Source: Crocosphaera sp.
GTDB taxonomy: Bacteria; Cyanobacteriota; Cyanobacteriia; Cyanobacteriales; Microcystaceae
Length of the DNA stretch: 32,000 nucleotides
Direction: 5' to 3'
Assembly: GCF_030064895.1 (NCBI RefSeq)
Contig: NZ_JASJEB010000061.1
Coordinates: 9,084-41,083, forward strand
Under the pieces are notes generated by a model. It worked only from the letters and a program-made list of their open reading frames with translations. It was not told where the DNA came from and ran no database searches. Shown piece after piece: positions 16,948 through 24,910 of this stretch (its first letter is position 1; the number at the start of each line of letters is the position of its first letter). The position numbers were made by a program, and so were the translations under genes.

Positions 16948-17577
16948 TTAGTTAACCAAGGCTAATTCCCCTTTATTAATGCGCCAACATCGATCAGCGA
17001 TCGCCAATAGTTCATCGGGATCATGGGAAACAATCAATAAAGTCCAATGTTGCTTTAATTTAGACAAAAGTTTAGCCAACTGTTGTCGCATTGACCAATC
17101 TAAACCTGCTGTAGGTTCATCTAATAGCAATAAATTGGGTTGACGAATTAATTGAACCGCTAGGGCCAAACGTCGTTGTTGTCCTCCACTTAAGCGATGG
17201 GGAGAGGTATTAAGAGGAATGTCTTGCAATCCAACTTCTGCCAGAGCATTTCTAATATTTTCTGTGGTAATTTCTGGATGACCCAAGCGTAATTCTTCTA
17301 AGATATTACTCCCACAAAAATGACGTTCAGGAAACTGAAAAACTAGCCCACAGAGTTCTTGTAATTCTAAAAAAGTTAATTCTTGATCACGCCAAAAAAT
17401 ACGTCCTTTTGTTTGTTGAGCTAGTCCTGCTAAAATTTCTAATAAGGTTGTTTTTCCTGAACCACTCGGACCGACAACAAGTCCTAATTCTTGTGTTCCT
17501 AATTCTAAATTAGTAGGCTTTAAAATCGGCTCAATTGTTGCAGGGGGATGATAAATAACATCTTTGAGATATAGCAT
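16948..17577 (-). CDS. ABC transporter ATP-binding protein (short, ECF/CbiO-like ATPase)
   Basis: 209 aa. Walker A GPSGSGKTT, signature LSGGQQRR, Walker B LLLLDEPTAGLD and the H-loop SHD are present. No adjacent permease gene is visible. Confidence 0.85.
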   Translation of the reverse strand: MLYLKDVIYHPPATIEPILKPTNLELGTQELGLVVGPSGSGKTTLLEILAGLAQQTKGRIFWRDQELTFLELQELCGLVFQFPERHFCGSNILEELRLGHPEITTENIRNALAEVGLQDIPLNTSPHRLSGGQQRRLALAVQLIRQPNLLLLDEPTAGLDWSMRQQLAKLLSKLKQHWTLLIVSHDPDELLAIADRCWRINKGELALVN

Positions 17578-17973
17578 TAATCAATAAATTATTCCTAATG
17601 ATTTATCCTAAGAGATAAGTCGTTTACTTTTTTATATTTCATTGTACATTAATACCCCTATCAAATTAAACCGCTATCCGGAGGAAACTAGGGATTGTCT
17701 GCAAAGTTCAAAAATCTTAGTTGAGGGACGCAGAGAAAGCAGAGGAAGCAGAGGGGGAAATTAGTTTATTTTTAATATTCTAATAGTTTGCAGACAGAGC
17801 CTAACGAAGGAACCTCTTTAAGTCTGGCTGGTTGATAGTCAGCTATACCGCTACGCGAAATTAATTTGCAGCCTCCATTGATATAAATAAATGGTATTTT
17901 ATTTACCATTGATTTTAGACTATGCTATAATCCATACTGTACTAGGACAAAAATTAATCAGGACATTTTTTGT

Positions 17974-18009
17974 ATTATTAACACCGAGGGTAGTCGAGGT
18001 GTTAATAAT
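17974..18009 (+). promoter_or_regulatory. 12-bp-stem hairpin (ATTATTAACACC / GGTGTTAATAAT, 12-nt loop) followed by a U-rich tract, immediately upstream of the mrpD-like gene; terminator or attenuator candidate
   Basis: The pairs were checked base by base. The downstream sequence is TGATTATTAATTGTTCATTG. The start codons lie at 18034 and 18052. Confidence 0.35.
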
Positions 18010-18051
18010 TGATTATTAATTGTTCATTGTCCATTGTCAATTATACATATA

Positions 18052-19512
18052 ATGAATGCTTTAACGATTATTTGGATCGCTTTACCATTATTTATTGGGT
18101 TTAGTATTTATTTGCTTCCCTCAATATGTCGCTATCTTGCTTTCGGAGTAGGGATAATTTCCCTAGCTTACGGTTTAAACACATCCATCTTATCTGCCCC
18201 CCTAGATATAAACTTACTGGATAATTTCGGGGTAATTTTATTAATTGATGAATTAAGCGGCTTTTTTATTTTAACCAATGCTTTAGTCACATTAGGGGTT
18301 ATTCTTTATTGTTGGCATAGTGATAAAACTAGCTTTTTTTATACTCAAGTAATTATCTTACATGGAAGCGTTAATGCTGCTTTTATTTGTGCTGATTTTA
18401 TCAGTTTATATGTCGCTTTAGAGGTAATTAGTATTGCTGCATTTTTACTCATTGCTTATCCGAGAAGCGATCGCTCAATTTGGGTAGCATTGCGTTATCT
18501 TTTTGTCAGTAATACTGCTATGTTATTTTATCTGGTAGGTACTGTTTTAGTCTATCAGGCACACCATTCTTTTAGCTTTGAAGGTTTAAAAGGTGCGCCC
18601 CTCGAAGCAGTGGCTTTAATTTTTTTGGGACTGTTAGCTAAAGGGGGTATTTTTGTTGTAGGTTTATGGTTACCATTGACCCATTCTGAATCAGAAACTC
18701 CTGTTTCTGCTATGTTATCAGGAGTGGTAGTTAAAGCGGCTATTTATCCTTTAGTTCGTTGTACATTAATGGTTCCTGAAGTTGATCCTATTGTCCGTAT
18801 TTTTGGCGTAGGAACGGCATTATTAGGTGTTTTTTATGCCATTTTTGAACAAGATGCCAAACGAATGTTAGCTTTTTCCACTGTTTCCCAATTAGGCTTT
18901 ATTTTAGCAGCCCCAGAAGTAGGTGGATTTTATGCTTTGACTCATGGTTTGGTGAAATCTTCTTTATTTTTGATGGCGGGAACTTTACCCAGTCGTAACC
19001 TTAGAGAACTGAAAAATAAACCCATGAATACTGCTCTTTGGATACCTTTAGTTATAGCCAGTTTTTCAATTTCAGGATTTCCCTTATTATCGGGGTTTGG
19101 TGCTAAGGTATTGACCATGAAAAACTTATTAGATTGGCAAGTTTTTGCTATGAATGTGGCTGCATTAGGTACGGCTACAGCCTTTGCTAAATTTATTTTC
19201 TTGCCCCACAAAAAAGATGGAGGAAGTAAAATAAAAAAAGGATTTTGGCCAGCTATTATTATATTATTAACTGGCTTATTGATCGCCAATGGGGTTTATT
19301 ATCAAGCCTATACTCTCGGTAATATTATTAAACCTTTGGCTACGATTTTTTTGGCATGGTTAACCTATAGTTTGATTGTACAACGAATAGTTATTAAACT
19401 GCCTCGTGTAGCTGAACAGTTTGAGCATTTGATCGGAGTTATGAGTTTAATATTAATCTTCGTCTTTTGGTTACTATTGGGCAATCAAATATCAATATCT
19501 GCTATTTCGTAG
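18052..19512 (+). CDS. Proton-conducting membrane transporter, MrpD/NuoN (NDH-1 subunit 2/4-like) family
   Basis: Polytopic membrane protein with about 14 hydrophobic segments. The family hallmark ...LPLTHSESETPVSAMLSGVVVKAAIYPLVR is present. I prefer ATG 18052 (MNALTIIW...) to TTG 18034. No other mrp or ndh genes are adjacent. Confidence 0.75.
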   Translation: MNALTIIWIALPLFIGFSIYLLPSICRYLAFGVGIISLAYGLNTSILSAPLDINLLDNFGVILLIDELSGFFILTNALVTLGVILYCWHSDKTSFFYTQVIILHGSVNAAFICADFISLYVALEVISIAAFLLIAYPRSDRSIWVALRYLFVSNTAMLFYLVGTVLVYQAHHSFSFEGLKGAPLEAVALIFLGLLAKGGIFVVGLWLPLTHSESETPVSAMLSGVVVKAAIYPLVRCTLMVPEVDPIVRIFGVGTALLGVFYAIFEQDAKRMLAFSTVSQLGFILAAPEVGGFYALTHGLVKSSLFLMAGTLPSRNLRELKNKPMNTALWIPLVIASFSISGFPLLSGFGAKVLTMKNLLDWQVFAMNVAALGTATAFAKFIFLPHKKDGGSKIKKGFWPAIIILLTGLLIANGVYYQAYTLGNIIKPLATIFLAWLTYSLIVQRIVIKLPRVAEQFEHLIGVMSLILIFVFWLLLGNQISISAIS

Positions 19513-19540
19513 TTATGTTCAGCAATTAATAATATTAACG

Positions 19541-19572
19541 TTGTAGGGGTTAACGGCCGTTGACCCCTACAA
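19541..19572. terminator. Near-perfect 32-bp palindrome TTGTAGGGGTTAACGG|CCGTTGACCCCTACAA between convergent genes (bidirectional terminator or dispersed palindromic element)
   Basis: Read directly, with one mismatch in 16 pairs. It lies between the mrpD-like stop (19512) and the txlA-like stop (19647). Confidence 0.55.
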
Positions 19573-19646
19573 AAATGTGTAACTTAACTTTAGGAGAGTC
19601 GGATTTTTGATGAAAACAGTATCAAAAATCCTTGGTTTAACTAATT

Positions 19647-20198
19647 CTAATTAGACTTAACTTGAGAACTATGACTACGGGGATCACTAATAGGGTTATT
19701 AGGACTTTTTAACTCCGAAGTTTGTCCCGTAGCAGCAGCGTAAGGTAAGGTTTGATGGTCAATTAATGCCTCTAAGTTGGCTTCCATAACTGATGAAGGT
19801 TGTTCGCCGATCGCTTGGGCAATCTCTTTTCCTTGATCATCGATAAAGACAAAATGAGGGATACCATCCACTCGGTAACGCAAAATCTCGGGCAACCATT
19901 TATTATTATCTACGTTGAACATAACAAAGTTGATCGAATCAGCGTATTTTTGCTTCAATTGAGCTAATTCTGGGGCCATAGATTGGCAACTGGTACACCA
20001 ATCGGCGTAAAATTCCGTTAAGGTGGGTTTACCGTTGGCGATCGCTACTTCTATGGGGGTTGAGTTTTTGGCTTGGCTTTCTAGAGAAACGGAACCAGTT
20101 TGGGTTTGAAAGCCAAAAAATATCGCTATACTAAGGGTAATGGCAGCAAAAGCGATGAGTGTATTTCTGATACGATTTGCATTAACAATTTCAGACAT
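19647..20198 (-). CDS. txlA: Membrane-anchored thioredoxin-like protein (TxlA / HCF164 family)
   Basis: 183 aa. It has an N-terminal TM anchor (LIAFAAITLSIAIFFGF) and a thioredoxin fold with the redox motif WCTSC. Confidence 0.75.
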   Translation of the reverse strand: MSEIVNANRIRNTLIAFAAITLSIAIFFGFQTQTGSVSLESQAKNSTPIEVAIANGKPTLTEFYADWCTSCQSMAPELAQLKQKYADSINFVMFNVDNNKWLPEILRYRVDGIPHFVFIDDQGKEIAQAIGEQPSSVMEANLEALIDHQTLPYAAATGQTSELKSPNNPISDPRSHSSQVKSN

Positions 20199-20296
20199 AT
20201 AAGTTTTTAAACAAAAAGCATTTTAACTTCTTATCTATTTTATAATATTTTATCTATTTGTGAACTTAATATTAATTCTTAGGCATAAATTCAATC

Positions 20297-20701
20297 ATGA
20301 AAAAACGAGTTACTCTTACTTTCCCCAAGCGTACGGTACAAATGCCGTTAACTTATCGTTTAGCTAAAGATTTTAATATTGCTTCTAACATTATTCGCGC
20401 CCAAGTTGCTCCCAATCAAGTGGGAAAGTTAGTGTTAGAATTGTTGGGGGATATTGATGCGATCGAAGCAGCTATTGATTGGATGCAATCTCAAGAGATT
20501 GGTGTTTCTTTAGCTAGTCGTGAAATTACCATTAATGAGGAACAATGTGTTGACTGTGGTTTGTGTACTGGAGTCTGTCCTACAGAAGCGTTAATACTTG
20601 AGCCAGACACCTTTAAGTTATCCTTTCGGCGTTCTCTTTGTATCGTTTGTGAACAGTGTATTCCTGCTTGTCCAGTACAAGCTATTTCTACTACTTTTTA
20701 A
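20297..20701 (+). CDS. NIL-domain protein fused to a 2x[4Fe-4S] ferredoxin domain
   Basis: 134 aa. The N-terminal NIL-like segment is PLTYRLAKDFNIASNIIRAQV...G.L.LEL.GD. Two CxxCxxCxxxCP motifs are present (CVDCGLCTGVCP, CIVCEQCIPACP). Confidence 0.8.
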   Translation: MKKRVTLTFPKRTVQMPLTYRLAKDFNIASNIIRAQVAPNQVGKLVLELLGDIDAIEAAIDWMQSQEIGVSLASREITINEEQCVDCGLCTGVCPTEALILEPDTFKLSFRRSLCIVCEQCIPACPVQAISTTF

Positions 20702-20733
20702 TAGTATAGAAAAAAGCTCAAAAGCAAAACCTT

Positions 20734-20759
20734 GTAGGCCGATGCACTCCCCACCTTAC
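20734..20759. repeat. Left arm of a perfect 26-bp inverted repeat (GTAGGCCGATGCACTCCCCACCTTAC) bracketing the NACHT gene
   Basis: The exact reverse complement occurs at 24786-24811 (checked base by base). The flanking AAAACCTT (20726-20733) is also mirrored at 24815-24822 with a 3-nt indel. Confidence 0.9.
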
Positions 20760-20794
20760 AGTAATGTCCTAATTTTTGATTTTTCTAGCAAAAT

Positions 20795-23700
20795 CTAGAT
20801 AATTGCACCATGTTTTTCAAGACATTTTGCTATTTCTGGTTTTATTCCAGTTGCATTTCTAAAATCAGCTTTAAGAACATTTTGAAAATGGTGAATTACA
20901 TCTACAACTTTAAATTTAATAATGTCAAATATTATCACATGACCGCTTCTAAGTAAGATAAATACATTCTGAGTAGGTACATCAAAAAAGACTTCTTTAA
21001 CACCAGAGACTATCATATTAGGGTGATATAAATTTACACAATCACTATATTTACTATCATAAATAATTTGTTTAGTTATAAAATCAATCAAGACAAATGA
21101 TGTATGAGAAGCCGCACAAATTAATGAACCCTCGTCATTAATAGCAATTTTCCTTACTCCATCAACAGCAAGTTCATCTATGATACTAAGGTCATTTGGA
21201 TTTAAAAATAAAATTCTATCTTTTTCTTTATTAGTTCTGTTAAAGAAATAATATTGAACAGCCACCAATTTTCCTGAAGGATGAAACAGAATATTTTTAG
21301 AATTGAATCTATTCCATGCTCTGTTTGATTTTACTTTTAAACTGTCAATATCCCATACTATAAGTTCAGAACTGCTCGAACTAGCTAATAGATTTTTATC
21401 AGGAATAATTGCAATACTTGTTATAGTATCCTGGTGTTTTGTGAGAACTTTGATCTCTTTATTTAACAAGACATCGTATACATAAATATCAGAATTTTGA
21501 CACAATAAAAACAACAATTTTGAATTAGACGTAAAAGTAAAATCTGATGTCAATCCATTTAAGTTAAGTTCTACATCAGAAATTTGAATAGTTGATATTT
21601 TTTCTAGTGTTTGTGAGTCTCTAATCTCAAAATTATTGTATCCACTGCTGAATAAAAATTTTCCATCTGGACTATGTTTTATATCCCCATTCCATGTAAT
21701 CTTTGTTTCAATTCTCGTTATTATTGACTGTAACTTTAAGTCCCATAAAATAATGTCATCAAATGAAACTATTGCCAATTGAGGTTTATGTGGATGAAGA
21801 GAAAAGGCTCCATCAAATTGACGAATCTGAAATTCAACTCCACTTAAATTGGTATATTGAAAGTTTGAATTGGCAATTTTTACATCACCAAAGTTAGAAT
21901 CTTCTAAATTAGCCCTTTCAAAACGAGTATTTGATAAGTCTAATTCAATCTCTCTGTAAATTCTTAAGTCATAATTATCTAATAAACTGAGGTCAAGACC
22001 AGTTAAATTTGTATCTGAAAAGTCATTATCTTTTAATGAATCTGGATTGATAAAAGAAAGCAAAGTGATAATATTACCTCCAACAAATCCTACTTCTTTT
22101 GCAGATTTGCCCCGTGTATTTTCAATTATTTTTAATAGCCTTATCTTAAGTTCTTCTTGATCTGAAATAAGCATATCCTCCATTAAAACAATAATTGCTG
22201 GAGTTAGCTTTTGCTTGCCAAAAGTTTCTGCCAATAAACAAATATCTTCAGCCACAAACTCTTGCAGATTAGCATTATTTCTCTTTGATTCTGGCAGAAA
22301 ATAGGATGACCAACTATAATTCTGTGGCGTAGTATTTACACCCAAATTAGATTTTGCTTGTGCTAGTTCTATAAAATCTGGTGCTAAAATTCCTAACTCT
22401 GCCGCAAACTTATAAGCAACAAAAAACTCTAACAAAGAACGATGAGCCGGACTATAATCTCCTTGCGCATTACGAATTAGCATAGTTTGCCCCATCATGT
22501 CATAATGCCAGTGATCTAAGTCCTTTTCTTCCTGCACAATAGAACCAAAAAGACGACGAATTCGCTCTGGAAAAAGCCGATAATTTAAACTCATAGCATC
22601 TGTTGAAAGCATCTCCCATGACAATTCACACAAGAAGTAAAGCTTATCTGATAGGGAAGTAAAAGTTCGTTCAGCTTTGATATCTCTTTGCATTTTCTGT
22701 TTAACTGCATAGAGATAAACTCGTGATATATCTATTGGTCTCTCGGCTTCAATATCTGGTAATGCTTCCAAAATTAGATCGCTCATCACCGGACGACTAG
22801 CTAATTCTAATAGTTGGGGATTACTCATCACTTTGTCAACAGTTTCTGGCTCAGCTTCAGAGGACAAAACTTGCTGGATTTGTTCTTCGGTAAATTTCTC
22901 AAGTTCCAGCACTTCAAATTGAGGAGCTTCTGCGATCAAAGCAGTAGTAGATGCTTGTAATTCACCACTCAATAAAGCTCGTCCTTCTTTCGCTTCTGGA
23001 AAGTGTTCTGTTCGACAGGTGAGAATAACTTTTGTTCCTGGAACAACAACCTTTGCTAGTTCCCAAAAATTGTTGATCATGTCTTGACGGCTAATTCGTG
23101 TTGCCATTTCATCAAAACCATCAAAAATAAGCAGTAATTTGCCCATACGGTTGAGTTGTTCAAAAGCATCGTAATGAGGCAAAGGTATTTTGTATTTACG
23201 AAAGAAAAACTCTGAAAACAAAGATTCCACACTGACAGCTTTTGCATAGTCTCGCAAAGGAATAACCAAAGGTAAACGAGGAAGTGTAACCCCGCGTTTT
23301 TGACAATCTCGATAGCGTTGTATTGTAACCCAGGCATAATGTAGAGCAAACCATGTTTTTCCTGTGCCAAATTCACCTAAAATCGAGATATGTTCTTTCA
23401 CAGGATCGTCTAACCAACGGTCGATATAACCATCTATCCAACCATCTTTTTCTCCATAAGAACTGACTGCAATTTTCTTTTGAGTATTGATGTCTATTTC
23501 TTCTTTAGTACAAGCAAGAGGAACATACTTTGTGTCAATTTTTCTCCGTTCTATCTCTCTCTCTAACCAGTCAAGATAGCCACTAAAGTCGGCATCCTGG
23601 GCTAAAATTTCATCAAAGGTATAGCAACTTAAAAAATCATTTTCTTCTTTCTCAACTTCATGAAGTGCTGCTGGTGCAATACGACGAGTAGTTACCAACC

Positions 23701-24514
23701 ACCCCTCATCAGTCTGTCGCTCTTCTACTGACTGACGTAAACACATTACATCTCGGAGTCCAACCTCACCTTCAATTCCTCGCACAAGAACCCGATCATA
23801 TCGATTGCGCCGTACAGGAATATTAATAATCCACTCAAAAAAGTTTTCTCTCCAAATTTCATCTTTTTCAAAGCGATAACCCAAGGTTTCAAACCAACTA
23901 CGCATTTCTTGAGCAAGGGCGATCGTTTGAAATTTATTTGTTTGTATGGATGGAGTTAATTTATCTACGTTTTCTGCTAGAGTCAATCGAGCTATTTCCG
24001 TTCTTATAGCTTCTATATTTGGCAGTCTTTCAAGTTTTTCATGAAGACTGATCATAGTCTGGTGCAAAGAGTCTATTTTGTGATTCGTTAGTACGTCAGC
24101 AGGAGTTCGGCTGCATTTGACGACGTTTATAAATATTACGAGAAATGCTGCAATTTCTCGCTTAATATTAATGCCTAAACTTTTAACTTCATCTCCTAAT
24201 GCATAACCTTCCACATAATGATCAACCTCGGAGAGCAAAATTGAGGAATTGCAATGATCAAATGCTTTACGAAAAGATTTTTTGATTGTTTCTTGCTCGA
24301 ACAATTGTAAAAATTGCTTTGGTTTACCAACACCGTACTCTACCAAAGCATAAGCATAAACACCTGTGAAATCATTAGGGGGATGATCAGGTTCAAGATT
24401 AAATTGTTTTAATAATTTGATGACAGTTTGACTACGTTCTGCTTTATTTTTAATAATTGGACTGCTGATACTGGCGATAGTCCCTATTAATCTACCTATA
24501 GGAATTGATGACAT
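20795..24514 (-). CDS. STAND NTPase: N-terminal helical region + REase-like segment + NACHT + helical arm + pentapeptide repeats + WD40-like beta-propeller
   Basis: 1239 aa. Walker A GEFGTGKT lies at aa 380-387 (nt 23354-23377). The NACHT-type Walker B LLLIFDGFDEM lies at aa 460-470 (nt ~23105-23137). The segment at aa ~203-285 (WFETLGYRFEKDE...RVLVRGIEGEVGLRDV...EGWLVTTRRIAPAA) resembles Mrr-type restriction endonuclease N-domains seen on cyanobacterial NACHT proteins. Pentapeptide repeats span aa ~829-896. Degenerate WD40-like blades span aa ~900-1215 (LWD, HSPDGKFL, VYD, VWD). Confidence 0.8.
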   Translation of the reverse strand: MSSIPIGRLIGTIASISSPIIKNKAERSQTVIKLLKQFNLEPDHPPNDFTGVYAYALVEYGVGKPKQFLQLFEQETIKKSFRKAFDHCNSSILLSEVDHYVEGYALGDEVKSLGINIKREIAAFLVIFINVVKCSRTPADVLTNHKIDSLHQTMISLHEKLERLPNIEAIRTEIARLTLAENVDKLTPSIQTNKFQTIALAQEMRSWFETLGYRFEKDEIWRENFFEWIINIPVRRNRYDRVLVRGIEGEVGLRDVMCLRQSVEERQTDEGWLVTTRRIAPAALHEVEKEENDFLSCYTFDEILAQDADFSGYLDWLEREIERRKIDTKYVPLACTKEEIDINTQKKIAVSSYGEKDGWIDGYIDRWLDDPVKEHISILGEFGTGKTWFALHYAWVTIQRYRDCQKRGVTLPRLPLVIPLRDYAKAVSVESLFSEFFFRKYKIPLPHYDAFEQLNRMGKLLLIFDGFDEMATRISRQDMINNFWELAKVVVPGTKVILTCRTEHFPEAKEGRALLSGELQASTTALIAEAPQFEVLELEKFTEEQIQQVLSSEAEPETVDKVMSNPQLLELASRPVMSDLILEALPDIEAERPIDISRVYLYAVKQKMQRDIKAERTFTSLSDKLYFLCELSWEMLSTDAMSLNYRLFPERIRRLFGSIVQEEKDLDHWHYDMMGQTMLIRNAQGDYSPAHRSLLEFFVAYKFAAELGILAPDFIELAQAKSNLGVNTTPQNYSWSSYFLPESKRNNANLQEFVAEDICLLAETFGKQKLTPAIIVLMEDMLISDQEELKIRLLKIIENTRGKSAKEVGFVGGNIITLLSFINPDSLKDNDFSDTNLTGLDLSLLDNYDLRIYREIELDLSNTRFERANLEDSNFGDVKIANSNFQYTNLSGVEFQIRQFDGAFSLHPHKPQLAIVSFDDIILWDLKLQSIITRIETKITWNGDIKHSPDGKFLFSSGYNNFEIRDSQTLEKISTIQISDVELNLNGLTSDFTFTSNSKLLFLLCQNSDIYVYDVLLNKEIKVLTKHQDTITSIAIIPDKNLLASSSSSELIVWDIDSLKVKSNRAWNRFNSKNILFHPSGKLVAVQYYFFNRTNKEKDRILFLNPNDLSIIDELAVDGVRKIAINDEGSLICAASHTSFVLIDFITKQIIYDSKYSDCVNLYHPNMIVSGVKEVFFDVPTQNVFILLRSGHVIIFDIIKFKVVDVIHHFQNVLKADFRNATGIKPEIAKCLEKHGAII

Positions 24515-24570
24515 AATATTTTATTTAAGAGACATTATCAATTTAATTTGGAGAGTCGTTTATAGTCGAG

Positions 24571-24713
24571 GGTAGCTAACGTGAGTTCGGAGTTCGGAGT
24601 TCGGAGTTCGGAGTTCGGAGTTATGATTTTCTTAATGAGAGAATGAACTTTTCAGACTTCTCATTTGAGTTAGTTTTCTATAAATTTCCTTATATCGAAC
24701 TCAGGTAGCTAAC
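24571..24713. repeat. MITE-like insert: 10-bp direct repeat GGTAGCTAAC flanking a ~123-bp segment with terminal inverted heptamers (GAGTTCG ... CGAACTC)
   Basis: DR1 lies at 24571-24580 and DR2 at 24704-24713. The left end is gt+(GAGTTCG)n from 24583. The right end is CGAACTC at 24696-24702 followed by a. The whole insert lies in the upstream region of the NACHT gene. Confidence 0.5.
24583..24622. repeat. Heptanucleotide tandem repeat (GAGTTCG)x5.7, STRR-like
   Basis: Five perfect copies (24583-24617) plus a partial GAGTT (24618-24622) were read directly. The repeat lies 69-108 nt upstream of the NACHT ATG (24514, minus strand). Confidence 0.9.
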
Positions 24714-24785
24714 AACAGAGTAACTATGTATAGTATATCAAAAGTAGGGAAAGTAAAATAAACAAGAGAGTTAGAAACCTAGTTA

Positions 24786-24811
24786 GTAAGGTGGGGAGTG
24801 CATCGGCCTAC
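24786..24811. repeat. Right arm of the perfect 26-bp inverted repeat (GTAAGGTGGGGAGTGCATCGGCCTAC)
   Basis: It is the exact reverse complement of 20734-20759. Confidence 0.9.
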
Positions 24812-24840
24812 AGTAAGGTTTTAAGCAATTTTTGTAGTGC

Positions 24841-24890
24841 TATAACAAAACAAGGGATATTCACAAATAGTTGGATTTTTCAGAATATCC
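24841..24890 (-). terminator. Rho-independent terminator of the recombinase-like gene
   Basis: On the minus strand, GGATATTC (24890-24883) pairs with GAATATCC (24862-24855) around a 20-nt loop, followed by CTTGTTTTGTTATA. It lies 21 nt after the stop at 24911. Confidence 0.5.
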
Positions 24891-24910
24891 TTAAGCGATT
24901 TTCCAAGGAA

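Noticed and set aside
18942-19289. 115-aa ORF antisense to the mrpD-like gene
   Set aside because: It is the antisense of a membrane-protein gene. Such long antisense ORFs are typical in A+T-rich hydrophobic coding regions.
20231-20259. Direct repeat TATCTATTT x2 flanking a consensus TATAAT (20241-20246) upstream of the NIL-ferredoxin gene
   Set aside because: It is probably just a sigma-70-type -10 element in A+T-rich DNA. The 9-nt repeat is too short and A+T-rich to support a specific regulatory claim.
20598-20798. 66-aa ORF spanning the ferredoxin 3' end and the left inverted-repeat arm
   Set aside because: It overlaps the NIL-ferredoxin gene out of frame and reads through the 26-bp repeat. 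The repeat explains the sequence better than coding does.
21303-23376. ORFs 21303..21485 (+) and 23077..23376 (-) within the NACHT gene
   Set aside because: They are antisense or alternative-frame readings inside a 1239-aa ORF with clear Walker motifs, and have no start signals.
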